DNA of 64,000 bases from an uncultured Acidobacteriaceae bacterium (GCA_963706645.1 CAVPNR010000018.1:151818-215817); one strand, 5' to 3'; positions 1 to 11,600 are shown, numbered from the stretch's first letter. Numbers and translations: made by a program. The notes: generated from the letters alone by a model not told the origin.

Positions 1-261
1 CGCCAACACTTCCCGATAATCCAGATGCGCCGTAGCCAGGCCTTTGGACCGCTGCACGATCGCGTCGCGGCTCGGACCATACACGTCGCTCACGGCGACA
101 ATCTCGCAAGGCCCGACTTTGTCCGCCGCGTCGAGCAGCCCTCGCATCCGGTGCCCCGCCCCAATGACTCCAATGCGAAGAGTATCGTTCGCGCCAAACA
201 CCCGGGTTGAAGCCAGCGCGGTCATTCCGCTGGCAACGATGAAACTGCGGCGGGTGATCAT
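1..261 (-). CDS. Gfo/Idh/MocA family oxidoreductase, N-terminal 87 codons (gene runs off the window start)
   Basis: Own translation of the minus strand from ATG at 261: MITRRSFIVASGMTALASTRVFGANDTLRIGVIGAGHRMRGLLDAAD... It has a twin-Arg leader followed by a Rossmann 'IGVIGAG' block. Absent from the ORF track because there is no stop in the window. Confidence 0.6.
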   Translation of the reverse strand, partial: MITRRSFIVASGMTALASTRVFGANDTLRIGVIGAGHRMRGLLDAADKVGPCEIVAVSDVYGPSRDAIVQRSKGLATAHLDYREVLA

Positions 262-528
262 GGACAATCCTCCAGTCGGTTTTGTGCGGAACGATCCTAT
301 CAAGTTTCAGTACGCTCGGAATCCCTCATTGGATGCGGCGCTCAGTGATCCGTCCTTTGGTCCCTGCGTGCGTCGTTCCCGCGGAGGGTGCCCCATCCTT
401 GCGCCTTTTGCAAGGGTGGGAGCAATTCCGCCTGCATCGTCGGTTTTGCCAAGCGCACTTAGCGCTATCGGTGCCACTCTTCGCGTGCCTCTAGCAACGG
501 GTAGGAGGCACTCTGCTAGAATGCCGCC

Positions 529-969
529 GTGAAACGACGCACCTTGCTCCAAGCCATCCCTGCCGCAGCCTTCCTCCCGGCACAACTCTGGGCCGCTTCT
601 CAAGCGGGCAACACTCATCCCGCGCAAGTCTCGAACGGGATCTTCGAACTGCGCATCTACCACGCCGCCCCGGGAAAGTTGGAAGACCTGATGGCACGCT
701 TCCGCGACCACACCATTAAGATCTTTGACCGGCATGGAATGAAAAGCGTCGCGTACTGGACGCCGCTCGATGAGCCAGAGAAGAGTAATACTCTCATCTA
801 CATCCTCCGTCATCCGAACCGCGAAGCGGCAGCCGCCAACTGGAAATCTTTTCAAGACGATCCGGAGTGGAAGAGTGTCAAAGAAAAATCCGAGGCGAAC
901 GGTAAACTCGTGGACAAAGTCGACTCCACCTATATGGCTCTAACCGACTTCTCCCCGGCGTTGCCCTAG
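529..969 (+). CDS. NIPSNAP-like secreted protein
   Basis: 146-aa ORF with a GTG start and a signal-like N-terminus (KRRTLLQAIPAAAFLPAQLWA). 'FELRIYHAAPGKLEDLMARFRDHTIKIFDRHGM' resembles the NIPSNAP/dimeric alpha-beta barrel family. Confidence 0.55.
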   Translation: MKRRTLLQAIPAAAFLPAQLWAASQAGNTHPAQVSNGIFELRIYHAAPGKLEDLMARFRDHTIKIFDRHGMKSVAYWTPLDEPEKSNTLIYILRHPNREAAAANWKSFQDDPEWKSVKEKSEANGKLVDKVDSTYMALTDFSPALP

Positions 970-1112
970 GGACGCAAAACGACCCGGTGACTGGCCCTCA
1001 GCGTTTTGAACCAAGCCCCTAAATGAGTAAGCCGGCCGCGCTCCTGCGCGACCGGCCGTCTCAGCGCTCCAGACAGTTCAAACTGGAGTTGGGGGAGGAC
1101 ATCCACAAAGCA

Positions 1113-1829
1113 CTAAGACTGCACAATCTTCTCCAGCGCCATCCGACTGCGAATCACCAGCGTCGCGCCCTTCAGAGTCATCAACTGCTTCCTTTTGAAC
1201 TCCGAAAACAGCCGGCTTACCGTCTCGCGCGTCGTCCCGATGATCTCCGCCACCTCTTCATGCGTCAGCGTCAGCTTCACCTGCGCCGAGCCGTCATCCT
1301 GTGCGCTCTTGGTCGACCACGAGAGCAGCAACTTGGCAAACTTCTCCGACGGCGACGCCGCCAGCCCCAGCGTCCGGATCTCCTCATACGCCACGTAGTA
1401 GTTGCGACTCAACTGCTGTGCCACCTTCACCGCCACTTCTGGAAAGTCGCGCAAGAAATGCAGCAATGAATCGCGCGGAATAAAATTGGCCTGGCCGGGC
1501 TCCATCATCTCGGCAGTCACTTCATACGGACGGTTCGACACCACGGCGTTCAGTCCCAGCACGTCTCCCGAGTCCGAAATCTTCGTAATGATGGTCTTGC
1601 CTTCGCGGGACGAAGTCGACAGTTTCACCTTCCCCGCACACAGCACGAACACGCCGCGCGGCTGCTGCCCTTCAATGAACAGCATCGCGCCCTTGGGATA
1701 AACGGCGGTCGATTTGATGTCGTTCAGCCGTTGCGCCGCCTGCAGCGAAAGATTGCAGAAAAGATGTTCTCCGCGAACCGGACAGCTGACACAGTTATCA
1801 AGAATATTCAGACCATAAGGAGCTCGCAT
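1113..1829 (-). CDS. Crp/Fnr family transcriptional regulator
   Basis: cNMP-binding-like core and a C-terminal HTH ('LTHEEVAEIIGTTRETVSRLFSEFKRK'). The internal ATG at 1829 is preceded by GGAGGAGG, so it is preferred over the track start at 1922. The N-terminal CxxCx8C cluster (CVSCPVRGEHLFC) suggests an FNR-like Fe-S sensor. Confidence 0.8.
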   Translation of the reverse strand: MRAPYGLNILDNCVSCPVRGEHLFCNLSLQAAQRLNDIKSTAVYPKGAMLFIEGQQPRGVFVLCAGKVKLSTSSREGKTIITKISDSGDVLGLNAVVSNRPYEVTAEMMEPGQANFIPRDSLLHFLRDFPEVAVKVAQQLSRNYYVAYEEIRTLGLAASPSEKFAKLLLSWSTKSAQDDGSAQVKLTLTHEEVAEIIGTTRETVSRLFSEFKRKQLMTLKGATLVIRSRMALEKIVQS

Positions 1830-2213
1830 CGCCAACCTCCTCCGGGCTAGAAGCTGCCAGAACTCCTCGGCATCGCCCCTGCCTACGTGAAGGGTATGGC
1901 ACGCTGCGAGCCAAAGCTCCACCGGCGCTCCAACCTCTCTGCCTTAACCTTATGTAATTGATATTAAGCAACTTACGACTTAAGCCAAAAAACGGAACAC
2001 ATGCGCGGAAACACCCAAATCCACAATTTTGGGTTATTTCCCGCACACCCCTGCGTGATCTGGATCACTATTCCTTGTGATTAAAGTAATCGGACCGCGC
2101 CTTACCATTGTCCTTTCGCCCAAGAACGCACAAGGGCACCGGGCGCTTGACCGCTCTTGGGGAAACGCAGCGTCTTCAGCGCCGGCATCGATCCTTCGAT
2201 GTCACGGCGAAAT

Positions 2214-4412
2214 TCAGAATATTCGGCCCAATTTGAAGAACACTCGTTCATGCCCAGCCGTTCCCACGGCTCCCCCAACCTCAATCGGCCCAAATATCGT
2301 ATTGACCAGGAGTGCACCAACGACATCGCCTGGAGTCTGAGACTGGAACGGTGGCGCGAAGACCCTGCCCACTTCGAACAGCCCATTGAAGTAGAGTCCC
2401 TCGCCCAGCAAGACTGGAATTTTGGCTATCTTTCGAAGGTATCCCGCATGAAACAGGTAATACTGGTCGGTCAACAGTTCGTTTTGACCATAGGCGGCGA
2501 AAGCGTTGGGGCCCCCTAGCGCAAACGGCGGTACGCCCACTCGTTCATTGCCAAAAGTGGTGCCGCCACGTGCTCCGAAGTAGACGGAGGATGGATCACC
2601 GAGCCTGACGAATTTGACCAATCGGCCCTCGGACGTGGGAAACGAATGTGCCGCCCCCGGGTTCGCATCGACCCAGGTACCACTGATGTCCATGAATTGT
2701 CCCGTGCGCGGGATGACCGGATTGTCGACCTCATTCAACACCCAACGAAGTGTCGTACCCCCGAATCGGCCAGAGACATTGGGCAGGAGAGCCTGATCGC
2801 CGATCTTGGGCACAAATGTATCGTAGGCGGCCGTGTAACCTAACGTCAGCTGCGCGACACGATCAAATTCGTAACCGAGCGCAAGACCTCCTCCCACGGA
2901 GGACTGGCGATACTGGGCGATAAAAGTATTTCCCTGGTAGATAGGATATTGCTGGGAATCGGCGAACGCGTTGGGCGCGATAAACCAGTTGCTGGTAGCG
3001 CTGAACGGACGGTAATACTGGCTATGAATGCCATACTCCGACCCGATGATCAAATCACTGCGGAGTTCAGCCCGGTAAGAACCGAAGTCAAGAAAGGTAA
3101 TGCGAGCACCCATGCTGAAATTGACGCCGCTGAAATTGGAGCCGTCGAGCAGAAGCAGCGGTTGCACGATCGGCGGCGCATAGGGCTTCTCCACTCCCGT
3201 CACGAGCAGACCGGGCTGTCCGTTCCGGCTGGTCATCTCGTAGTTGAGGTTCGAGAACCGTCCGTCCCCTTTCAAATCCATTAACTGGTTCTGTAGCGTG
3301 GCCGTATCCACCGGTTTTCCAATGTTGCCCTTCAGATCATTTTCGATGGCAGTTGCTAATTTTGGGCTCGTTCCGACGACCTGAACGAACTGCGGAGCGG
3401 GAGTTGCGAGGCGCCGAGCAGAGCGCTGGGCCAGATAAGCTTGCCAAGTCGCTTCATCGACGGAAAGGGTATTCAGCAGAGCGGCCTTGGCCTGCGCCGC
3501 TTGATACCCCATCTTGATGATTTCTTCCGCCCGGTTGTATTCCAAAGAATCGAATTTCTGGAGTGGGACGGAGATCAGCATGTCAGCCTTCTCGATGCTG
3601 CGCAGTTCGTTGGCGGCAACCACCACACTGACCGAGCGGCCCAGCACTCCGAAGGTAGACAGCGTTGCATTGGAATCGAGTTTGGAGGTTTCCAGGTGGA
3701 CAGCAAGCGTCAGATCGGCGCCCATACTCTGAGCCACGTCGACAGGAAGATTGTCCATCAGTCCGCCGTCGGCGAAGATGTGCCCGTCCGATCTTACGGG
3801 ACTGAAGATTCCCGGCAGCGACATGGTGGAACGCAGCGCGAGGGAAAGCGACCCCTGGCGGAACACGAACGGTTGCGATGTAACGAGATCAGTCGCAACA
3901 CAGGCAAACGGAATGGGAAGATCGTTGAAGTCCCTCACCTCCGAGTAAGGCAACGAAATTCGGTCGAGAATCAGCACGACTTCCTGACCTGAATTGAACC
4001 CTTCCGGAAACTGCAGTCCTTTTCGCAAGCCGAACTCGAGGTGATTGGGGTATTCCACCGCATCCTGTTTTCGGCGATAGGAGAGATCCTTGTACGGAGT
4101 CTGACCTTGCAGGACCTGGTCCCAGTTGATAGTCGCGACGAGCGCTTTGACTTCCGCAGCCGAGTAACCCGTTGCGTAAATCCCCCCAACCAGGCCGCCC
4201 ATGCTGGTTCCAGCAATGTAGTTCACCGGAATCCGATGTTCTTCGAGCCACTGTATGACGCCGATATGCGCCAACCCAAGCGCTCCGCCGCCTTCAAGCA
4301 CCAGACCGACTTTCGGACGGGGCGGCCTCGGTGCGGACTGGGAGAACAGAGGAACAAACGAGAAAGCAGCCACAAGGCTGATAAGAGAGCTTTTGACAAG
4401 GAGGTATCGCAT
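2214..4412 (-). CDS. Patatin-like phospholipase fused to an Omp85/BamA-type beta-barrel (PlpD-like)
   Basis: 732 aa with a signal peptide. It has the patatin oxyanion 'GGGALGLAHIG', the nucleophile elbow 'GTSMGG' and 'DGG'. The C-terminal about 350 aa are aromatic- and Gly-rich, ending '...FFKLGRIF', typical of a barrel terminus. Confidence 0.8.
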   Translation of the reverse strand: MRYLLVKSSLISLVAAFSFVPLFSQSAPRPPRPKVGLVLEGGGALGLAHIGVIQWLEEHRIPVNYIAGTSMGGLVGGIYATGYSAAEVKALVATINWDQVLQGQTPYKDLSYRRKQDAVEYPNHLEFGLRKGLQFPEGFNSGQEVVLILDRISLPYSEVRDFNDLPIPFACVATDLVTSQPFVFRQGSLSLALRSTMSLPGIFSPVRSDGHIFADGGLMDNLPVDVAQSMGADLTLAVHLETSKLDSNATLSTFGVLGRSVSVVVAANELRSIEKADMLISVPLQKFDSLEYNRAEEIIKMGYQAAQAKAALLNTLSVDEATWQAYLAQRSARRLATPAPQFVQVVGTSPKLATAIENDLKGNIGKPVDTATLQNQLMDLKGDGRFSNLNYEMTSRNGQPGLLVTGVEKPYAPPIVQPLLLLDGSNFSGVNFSMGARITFLDFGSYRAELRSDLIIGSEYGIHSQYYRPFSATSNWFIAPNAFADSQQYPIYQGNTFIAQYRQSSVGGGLALGYEFDRVAQLTLGYTAAYDTFVPKIGDQALLPNVSGRFGGTTLRWVLNEVDNPVIPRTGQFMDISGTWVDANPGAAHSFPTSEGRLVKFVRLGDPSSVYFGARGGTTFGNERVGVPPFALGGPNAFAAYGQNELLTDQYYLFHAGYLRKIAKIPVLLGEGLYFNGLFEVGRVFAPPFQSQTPGDVVGALLVNTIFGPIEVGGAVGTAGHERVFFKLGRIF

Positions 4413-4693
4413 GATTCGCTAGCCTAGGACAAAGGACTCTGGCTAGCCACTGGCAGAACTAACGGACCTTTTTGGCGATTGTAGTATGTCGTTATACCGA
4501 GGAGGGTGTCTCATGGCTTCTCGTTGCCAGGCTGCTGGAGGATTCCGCGCATCTGCAAAATGCCCCGCCACCACTTCATTCAGAGCCTGCGCCCGCTCCA
4601 ACAGCCACGCCACCGCAGGTGCGGATGCGACCACCGCGGCCGAAACGTAAGGACTTGAGAGCGGGGGAGAGTTTAACTCCCGAGCTTCCCTGC

Positions 4694-5440
4694 TCAAGGG
4701 CCCACCGTCACCTGTAGTGGTCCGGGCGTCTCCATCCGGTCTCGATAAATCCGGTTCGGAGGCACTTCCCCCACCGCATCCACATGGATGACATATCCGC
4801 CGTGCGGCAGGGTCTCGCCAAAGGGCAACTCCATCCCGATTGTGCCCCGCTTCAACAAAAAATGCTGATATCCAATTGCTGTCGCCCGTCCGTTCTCCGC
4901 CACCGCCATGACGACGAACGTCAAATCCATATCATCGGGCGACGTGTTCGATACTTCCACGGTCCCAGCGATCCGATTCCCCGTTACCCGCGCGGGCGAC
5001 TTCCAATTGATCGCCAAGGCCGCCACCACCTTCAGCACAAACTGCCTTTGCACTGCCGACTCGCGGTCCCCGCCGTCCATCACCGACACCGTAAACTGAA
5101 ATTCCCCCGGACGCTCCGGCTCTCCAATCAGCAGTCCGCTCTCCTCAAGTTTCATCCCCGGCGGCAGCGCACCCTTCTCAACCTTCCAATGCAGCACCGA
5201 CACCCCACCATGCGCGTGGAAGTGAAGCTCATAATGTCGATGCGGATAAGCATCCGGCAGCTGCGATTCATTCTCTATGACTACGCCCGCCCCGCTGTGC
5301 TGCGCCGACGCACCCTGAGCCGAAGCCTGTCCGTCGCCCGCTGACGCCAACTCAAGTTGACATGCCGACCCCACCACCACGGAGACCACCAGGACGCCAA
5401 GCTCTACAGCCCGCCACACCTTTTGCGCCTTTGCCATCAC
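4694..5440 (-). CDS. Hypothetical membrane-anchored/secreted protein with Ig-like repeat
   Basis: 248-aa ORF with an N-terminal hydrophobic anchor. 'LPPGMKLEESGLLIGEPERPGEFQFTVSVMDG' resembles the putative Ig (He_PIG-like) domain. Confidence 0.5.
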   Translation of the reverse strand: MMAKAQKVWRAVELGVLVVSVVVGSACQLELASAGDGQASAQGASAQHSGAGVVIENESQLPDAYPHRHYELHFHAHGGVSVLHWKVEKGALPPGMKLEESGLLIGEPERPGEFQFTVSVMDGGDRESAVQRQFVLKVVAALAINWKSPARVTGNRIAGTVEVSNTSPDDMDLTFVVMAVAENGRATAIGYQHFLLKRGTIGMELPFGETLPHGGYVIHVDAVGEVPPNRIYRDRMETPGPLQVTVGP

Positions 5441-5640
5441 GCCACCTTAGACCGATCCGAGCGTTCCCACGGCCGACCAATCCCCAATTCTCCTACTCTC
5501 CCACACTTCTCCCGCTTCCGTATAAGAATGTTCCGGCCATCCAAACTTGCGTCGGCGCCGGCCCCCGACGGGGATCACATTGACTTGGATTTGAGATTTC
5601 TGAAAAACTACTAGCTCGGGGTTTCGTTTCGCACCCTGGT

Positions 5641-6066
5641 TTGGTCTCCGTGGAACTCCTGCTTAATCTCGCGTGGCTACTTCTGGCGCTACCTGCGTAT
5701 TGGCTGTGGCGTGCGTCCAGAACTGCGGGCGCTGGTCGAAGGTTCTCGACTTTGCAGCGCCTGCTAACCTTGGCGTGCTTACTCGTCGTTCTCTTCCCCG
5801 TCGTTTCGGCTACCGACGATCTCCGCGCCATGCGCGCCGAGATGGAAGAATCTCCCTCCAGCAAGCGCACCGTTCGGCAAGCCTGCAACGATAAAGCTTC
5901 ATCTCCGAAGTTGCAGAGTCCCCCCGCGCTGACCTGGACCACAAATCACTCTCTGCTGCTAAACTCCGAGCACTGGCTCCAATTGCCGGCCCAGGATCTG
6001 TCCGTGCCGCGCCCGCCTGCTCTCGCGCTCGCGGATCGCGCTCCCCCCGATTCTCTCCTCGCATAG
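5641..6066 (+). CDS. Hypothetical small membrane protein
   Basis: 141-aa ORF with a non-ATG start and two hydrophobic segments, lying upstream of the efflux operon. No recognisable domain. Confidence 0.25.
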   Translation: MVSVELLLNLAWLLLALPAYWLWRASRTAGAGRRFSTLQRLLTLACLLVVLFPVVSATDDLRAMRAEMEESPSSKRTVRQACNDKASSPKLQSPPALTWTTNHSLLLNSEHWLQLPAQDLSVPRPPALALADRAPPDSLLA

Positions 6067-6223
6067 TCCCGCGAATCGCCAATCGCTTACAGAGGAAGAA
6101 ACTGCAGAATCTTTCTTGCTCTTCACGTGATTCTTAGGCGGGAAACCAGATCGTGTGGGTTGCCGTCGGACTCGTCGGCCACCCACCAACCGCCGGGGCC
6201 CATCCCTTACACCGTGGTTGCCC

Positions 6224-7522
6224 ATGGAGTCCCATATGCACTGCAAATTTCTCGGTCTAGCGTTGGCCTTCGGCGCCTCCTGTCTGCCCGCTCAGACTGC
6301 GCCCCAGCCCGCGCCCGCTTCTCAAGTCTGGACATGGGAGGCCGTCAAAGACCGCTTCGAACTCAATAACACTTCACTCCAGGCCAGTCGTCTGAACATT
6401 GACGAACTGAAGGCGCAGGAAATCACGGCCCACCTTCGCCCCAATCCCGACTTCACGCTCTCTGCCGATGGAACCCAGATCGCTCCGAGCCACGGTGTCT
6501 GGACGCCCTTTGCCGGCACCTTCATTTCGCCAGGTGTTAGCTACCTGTTCGAACGCCGCAACAAGCGCGGACTCCGCTACGACGTCGCGAAGCAAGGCAC
6601 CGCCATCGGCGTCGCTCAACAGTCTGACTCGGAACGCAATCTTCTCTTCAATCTGCGTAGCGCATTCGTCGGCGTCCTGCAAGCCAAGGCTGTTCTTCAA
6701 CTCGCACAGGACAATCTCAATGCGTACGACAGAATCCTCAAAGTCAGCCGCGACCGCTTTCAGGCTGGAGACATCGCTCGCATCGATCTCGACCGCCTCG
6801 AACTGCAGCGCCTGCAATACGAGTCCGACCTGCAGACCGCGCTCGTCAATCTACGCACGACGAAGATCAACCTGCTCGCCCTGCTCGACGATCGCCGTCC
6901 GGTCGACAGCTACGATCTCGATGGACGATTCGATTTCAGTGAAGACCTGGCCTCGCTCGACGATTATCGCAAAGACGCTATCGAAGCGCGCCCCGACCTC
7001 CGCGCCGCCGGGCTCTCGGTGCAGCAAGCCGAAACCAATTACCAACTCGCCGAAGCCAACGGATCCACCGATCCCACCATCGGCGTCTGGTTCACCCACA
7101 ACGGTTCGTTTAACAATCCCGATGCCCTGAACACCATCGGCGCCAGCGTCAGCATCCCGCTGCGCTTTTTCGACAGCAACCAGGGAGAAAAGCTGCGCAC
7201 CAAGGTCGATGTCACACGCAACGAAAAGCTGCGCCAAGGCATCGAGACCCAGGTCTACGCCGATGTCGATTCCGCTTACGCCACGCTCACCAGCAACATC
7301 GATCTCCTGAAGCCGTACAAACGCCAGTATCTGAACCAAGCCGTCCGCGTGCGCGACACGGTCCTGTTTTCCTACCAGCACGGCGGTGCATCGCTGCTCG
7401 ACTTCATCAATGCGGAAAGTGAATACCGCACCGTGGAGTTGAACTACGTAAATCTAGTCGGGTCTTATCTGACGGCGGCTGCCCAGCTGAATCTGGCCGT
7501 AGGGCGCGAGGTAATCCAATGA
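6224..7522 (+). CDS. czcC: TolC-family outer membrane efflux protein (CzcC-like)
   Basis: ORF 6155..7522. ATG at 6224 gives a signal peptide (MESHMHCKFLGLALAFGASCLPAQ). The body has the two-repeat coiled OEP architecture. Its stop overlaps the next start (ATGA at 7519-7522). Confidence 0.8.
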   Translation: MESHMHCKFLGLALAFGASCLPAQTAPQPAPASQVWTWEAVKDRFELNNTSLQASRLNIDELKAQEITAHLRPNPDFTLSADGTQIAPSHGVWTPFAGTFISPGVSYLFERRNKRGLRYDVAKQGTAIGVAQQSDSERNLLFNLRSAFVGVLQAKAVLQLAQDNLNAYDRILKVSRDRFQAGDIARIDLDRLELQRLQYESDLQTALVNLRTTKINLLALLDDRRPVDSYDLDGRFDFSEDLASLDDYRKDAIEARPDLRAAGLSVQQAETNYQLAEANGSTDPTIGVWFTHNGSFNNPDALNTIGASVSIPLRFFDSNQGEKLRTKVDVTRNEKLRQGIETQVYADVDSAYATLTSNIDLLKPYKRQYLNQAVRVRDTVLFSYQHGGASLLDFINAESEYRTVELNYVNLVGSYLTAAAQLNLAVGREVIQ

Positions 7523-8658
7523 AAAATCGTTTCGAGTCTCTGGCCAGTGTTGTGCTTTCTCTCGCTCTTATTGCTTGCTTCACTGGCTGCAATTCCGGCA
7601 AAGCAGACCCGAAAGCCGAGGCTCCGCCGCCTGCAACGGTCGAACCTGATCTGGACGCAAACAATTTCAAGGTCGATCACGCAGACCAATTTCCCCTTGC
7701 GACGGCGGCCGCACACAAGGCAGCTCCCGCATTGAATGTTACCGGCGTCGTACAGCCAGATATCGCACGCGCTGTTCCCGCCATCTCGGTGGCCTCTGGA
7801 CGTGTTGTGGAAGTGAAGGCTCGGCTGGGCGACGTGGTGACGAAGGGCCAACTGTTGCTCAGAGTCCAAAGCAACGATGTCTCCGGCGCTTATCAGTTGT
7901 ACTTGAAAGCCGTGAACGACGAGCGGTTGGCTAACCAGCAGCTCCAACGTGCCCAGACCCTCTACGAGAAGGGCGCTATCGCCAAGAGCGCCCTCGAACA
8001 ATCAGAGGTCGCCGAACAGGATGCCAAGGTCGATCTGAATGCCGCCACCGAACAGTTGCGTCTTCTTGGTGTCGACAAGGATCATCCGTCGGGAATCGTC
8101 GACGTCAGGGCGCCCATTTCCGGCGTGATCACCGACCAGCAAGTGACGAATGCGGCGGGCGTACAAGGCCTCTCCGGACCAAACCCCTTCACCATCGCCG
8201 ATCTCTCCTACGTCTGGATTATCTGCGACGTTTACGAAAACGATCTCGACGCGGTCCGCGTTGGCGACATCGCCGACATTCACCTCAATGCCTATCCGAA
8301 CCAGGTCTTCAAGGGCCGCGTGGACAACATTCTGCCGGTTCTCGATCCTAACCTCCGCACCGCCAAAGTGCGTCTGGAAGTAAAGAACCCCGGTCCGATG
8401 CGCATCGGAATGTTTGTCACGGCCACGTTCTACGGCAAGCAACCGGAAACGCACGCTGCGGTCCCAGCCAGTGCGATTTTGCACCTGCACGACCGAGATT
8501 GGGTTTACATGCCGCTCGGCAACGCGCACTTCAAGCGCGTAGAGGTGAAGACTGGAAACATGCTTCCCGGCAACCTGCAGGAAATCGTTTCCGGCATCAA
8601 GCCTGGTGATCAGGTGGTCTCGAACGCCCTCGATCTGCAGAACACGGTGGAGCAATAA
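7519..8658 (+). CDS. czcB: Efflux RND periplasmic adaptor subunit (HlyD/CzcB family)
   Basis: 379 aa with a lipoprotein-like leader (LIACFTGC), a lipoyl/beta-barrel MFP pattern, and translational coupling to czcC. Confidence 0.85.
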   Translation: MKNRFESLASVVLSLALIACFTGCNSGKADPKAEAPPPATVEPDLDANNFKVDHADQFPLATAAAHKAAPALNVTGVVQPDIARAVPAISVASGRVVEVKARLGDVVTKGQLLLRVQSNDVSGAYQLYLKAVNDERLANQQLQRAQTLYEKGAIAKSALEQSEVAEQDAKVDLNAATEQLRLLGVDKDHPSGIVDVRAPISGVITDQQVTNAAGVQGLSGPNPFTIADLSYVWIICDVYENDLDAVRVGDIADIHLNAYPNQVFKGRVDNILPVLDPNLRTAKVRLEVKNPGPMRIGMFVTATFYGKQPETHAAVPASAILHLHDRDWVYMPLGNAHFKRVEVKTGNMLPGNLQEIVSGIKPGDQVVSNALDLQNTVEQ

Positions 8659-8671
8659 GGTGGAACGCTAG

Positions 8672-11600
8672 ATGATTCGCCGCGTCGTCGATTTCGCGCT
8701 CAGTAATCGCCTGCTGGTTTTGGGGCTTGCCCTCGTGCTGTTCGTGTGGGGCATCATTTCCTTCCACAACTTGCCCATCGAGGCCTATCCCGACGTCGCC
8801 GACAATTATGTCGAAATCATCACCCAGTGGCCCGGCATTTCTGCGGAACAGATCGAACAGCAGGTCACGATTCCACTCGAAACCGTGATGAATGGCATCC
8901 CTGGCGTGGTGCACCTGCGGTCGTTCTCGCTTTTCGGACTCTCCGATCTAAAGCTTGTCTTCGAGGACGGAACTGACAACGCGTGGAACCGGGAGCGTGT
9001 TCTGGAGCGGCTCGCCCAGGTAACTCTGCCGCCAGGCGTCGTACCTCAGATGGGCACGGACTGGAGCCCCGTCGGCCAGATCTATTTCTTTACCCTGCAC
9101 AGCACGAATCCGCAATATGACCCGATGGAGCTGAAGTCGCTGGAAGACTGGGTCGTCGAGAAAAATCTCAAGTCCGTCCCTGACATCGTCGACGTCGCCA
9201 GTTTCGGCGGGCCCACCCGCGAGTACCAGGTGCGACTCGATCCCAACAAACTGATCGCCTTCGGACTAAGTCTCGCCCAGGTCGAGCAACAGCTCACCAA
9301 CAACAACACGAATGCCGGCGGAAGTTTCATTCAGGAGGGTCTGCAACAAATCAACGTCCGCGAAGTCGGCCTGGTCGATCGTGTTCACGACATTGAACAG
9401 ACGGTGATTCTCACCAAAAACGGCACACCGCTGCGCATTAAAGACATTGCCGTGGTTTCGCAAGGCCCCAAGATCAGGCTCGGCCAGTTTGCCCGCGCGT
9501 GCAGATCTTGCCCCTACGGCCCCAATGGTGCCATCCAGCGTGACGACGGCAAGATCATCGATAACGACGACGTCGTGTCTGGCATCGTCCTGCTCCGCAA
9601 AGGCGCCCCGGCCGATCCCGCTCTCAAAGCCCTCCACGAAAAAATCAAGGAGATGAACGATCACATCCTGCCCAAGGGTGTGAAGATCGTTCCCTTCATC
9701 GATCGCAGCGATCTGGTCCACTTCACCAGTCACACGGTGCTGCACAACCTCACGGAAGGAATGATCCTGGTCTCGATCGTTCTTTTTCTATTCCTCGGCA
9801 ACATTCGGGGGGCCCTGATCGTCGCAGCCACGATTCCGTTTTCGCTGTTGTTTGCCTCGATCTGTCTGGACTTGAAAGGCGTTCCCGCAAACCTTCTGTC
9901 GCTCGGTGCACTGGATTTTGGCATGGTGGTCGACGGTGCCGTTGTCATGATCGAAAATATCGTCCGCCACATGAGTTTTTCGAACGGCACACAAACTGCC
10001 ACCGAACGGATCGCTGAGGCTTCGCACGAGGTTCAGCGCCCTGTGTTCTATGCCATCGCCATCATCATCACCGCCTACTTGCCCATCTTTACTCTGCAGC
10101 GCGTGGAAGGGCGTTTGTTTCAGCCCATGGCCTGGACGGTTGCTTTCGCGCTGCTGGGTGCGCTCCTGTTCTCCATCCTGATTGCGCCGGTTTTAGCCAG
10201 CTTCGCGTTCGCCAAGGGGGCCAAGGAGTGGCATAACCCGGTCATGCATTTTGTGATCGAACGCTACCGCACGGCCGTTCGATGGGCGATTCGTCATCGT
10301 GCCATCACCGTCGGTGTCTGCCTGGTCGGTGTGTTGGTGGCGAATTACCTGTTATTCAGCGGCGCGATTGGCTCCGAATTCCTTCCTCACCTCGATGAGG
10401 GCGCTCTCTGGGTTCGCGGTACGCTCGCCCCCAGCACCGGTCCCGACGAGGGCATCCGCGTAGCCAACCAGGCCCGCATCGTCCTCTGTTCTTTTCCCGA
10501 AGTCCCGCAATGCACCAGTCAGGTCGGCCGTCCTGACGACGGCACCGATACCACAGGATTTTTCAATACCGAATTCTTTGTCGATCTCAAACCCAAGGAA
10601 GAGTGGCGCCCGATCTTCCACGAAAACAAAGACGAACTCATCGCCGCCATGCAGCGCGAACTCGACAAAATTCCAGGAGCGCTATGGGGATTTTCTCAGC
10701 CCATCGAAGACAACATGGAGGAGGCAGTCAGCGGCGTTAAGGGTGAACTCGCCACCAAGATCTATGGGCTCGACTTGAAGACTCTCGAAACCAAGGCCGA
10801 TGAGATCACGGCGGTCATGCGCAAGATTCCCGGAATCGAGGATCTTGGAGTCTTTCGTGTGCTCGGTCAGCCAAACCTGAACGTCACCGTGGACCGCGAG
10901 GCCGCCGCCCGCTACCAGATCAACGTCGCCGACGTGCAGGACGCAATTCAAACTGCGGTCGGCGGCAACGCCCTCACCCAAGTTCTGCAACAAGAGGCCC
11001 GCTACGACCTCGTCCTGCGTTATCTTCCGCAATTCCGCGACACTCGGGAAGCGATCGAAAAAATCCGCCTGCTCTCGCCCACCGGTGAAAGAGTCTCGCT
11101 CGCGCAACTGTGCAAGATCGAGGTCGCCGACGGTGCCTCCGAAGTCTATCGCGAAGGCAATGAGCGCTACATTGCCATTAAGTACAGCGTCCGCGGCCGC
11201 GACCTCGGCAGCACCGTGGAAGAGGCCATTCAGAAGGTCAACTCTCAGGTGACATTGCCCACGGGCTATCACCTGCGGTGGGAGGGCGAATATGCCAGTC
11301 AAAAAAGAGCCAACGCCCGACTACTGATTGTGCTCCCCATCACGATTCTCATCATCTTCATCATTCTCTACACCATGTTCAAGTCGTTTAAGTGGAGCAT
11401 GCTGATCATGGCCAACATCGCCATCGCCCCCATCGGCGGACTGCTGGCGCTTTTGGTAACGGGAACGAACTTCAGCGTTTCCTCCGGCGTCGGATTCCTC
11501 GCTCTGTTCGGCGTGTCCGTGCAAACCGGCGTCATCATGTTGGAATACATCAACCAGTTGCGCGTGCGCCGCTTCACCGTGGAAGACGCCGCGGTCGAAG

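Noticed and set aside
4443-4697. 84-aa minus-strand ORF starting with TTG overlapping the stop of ORF 4694..5440
   Set aside because: It has a non-ATG start, an Ala/Pro/Ser-rich composition, no motif and no visible RBS. There is insufficient support to call a gene.
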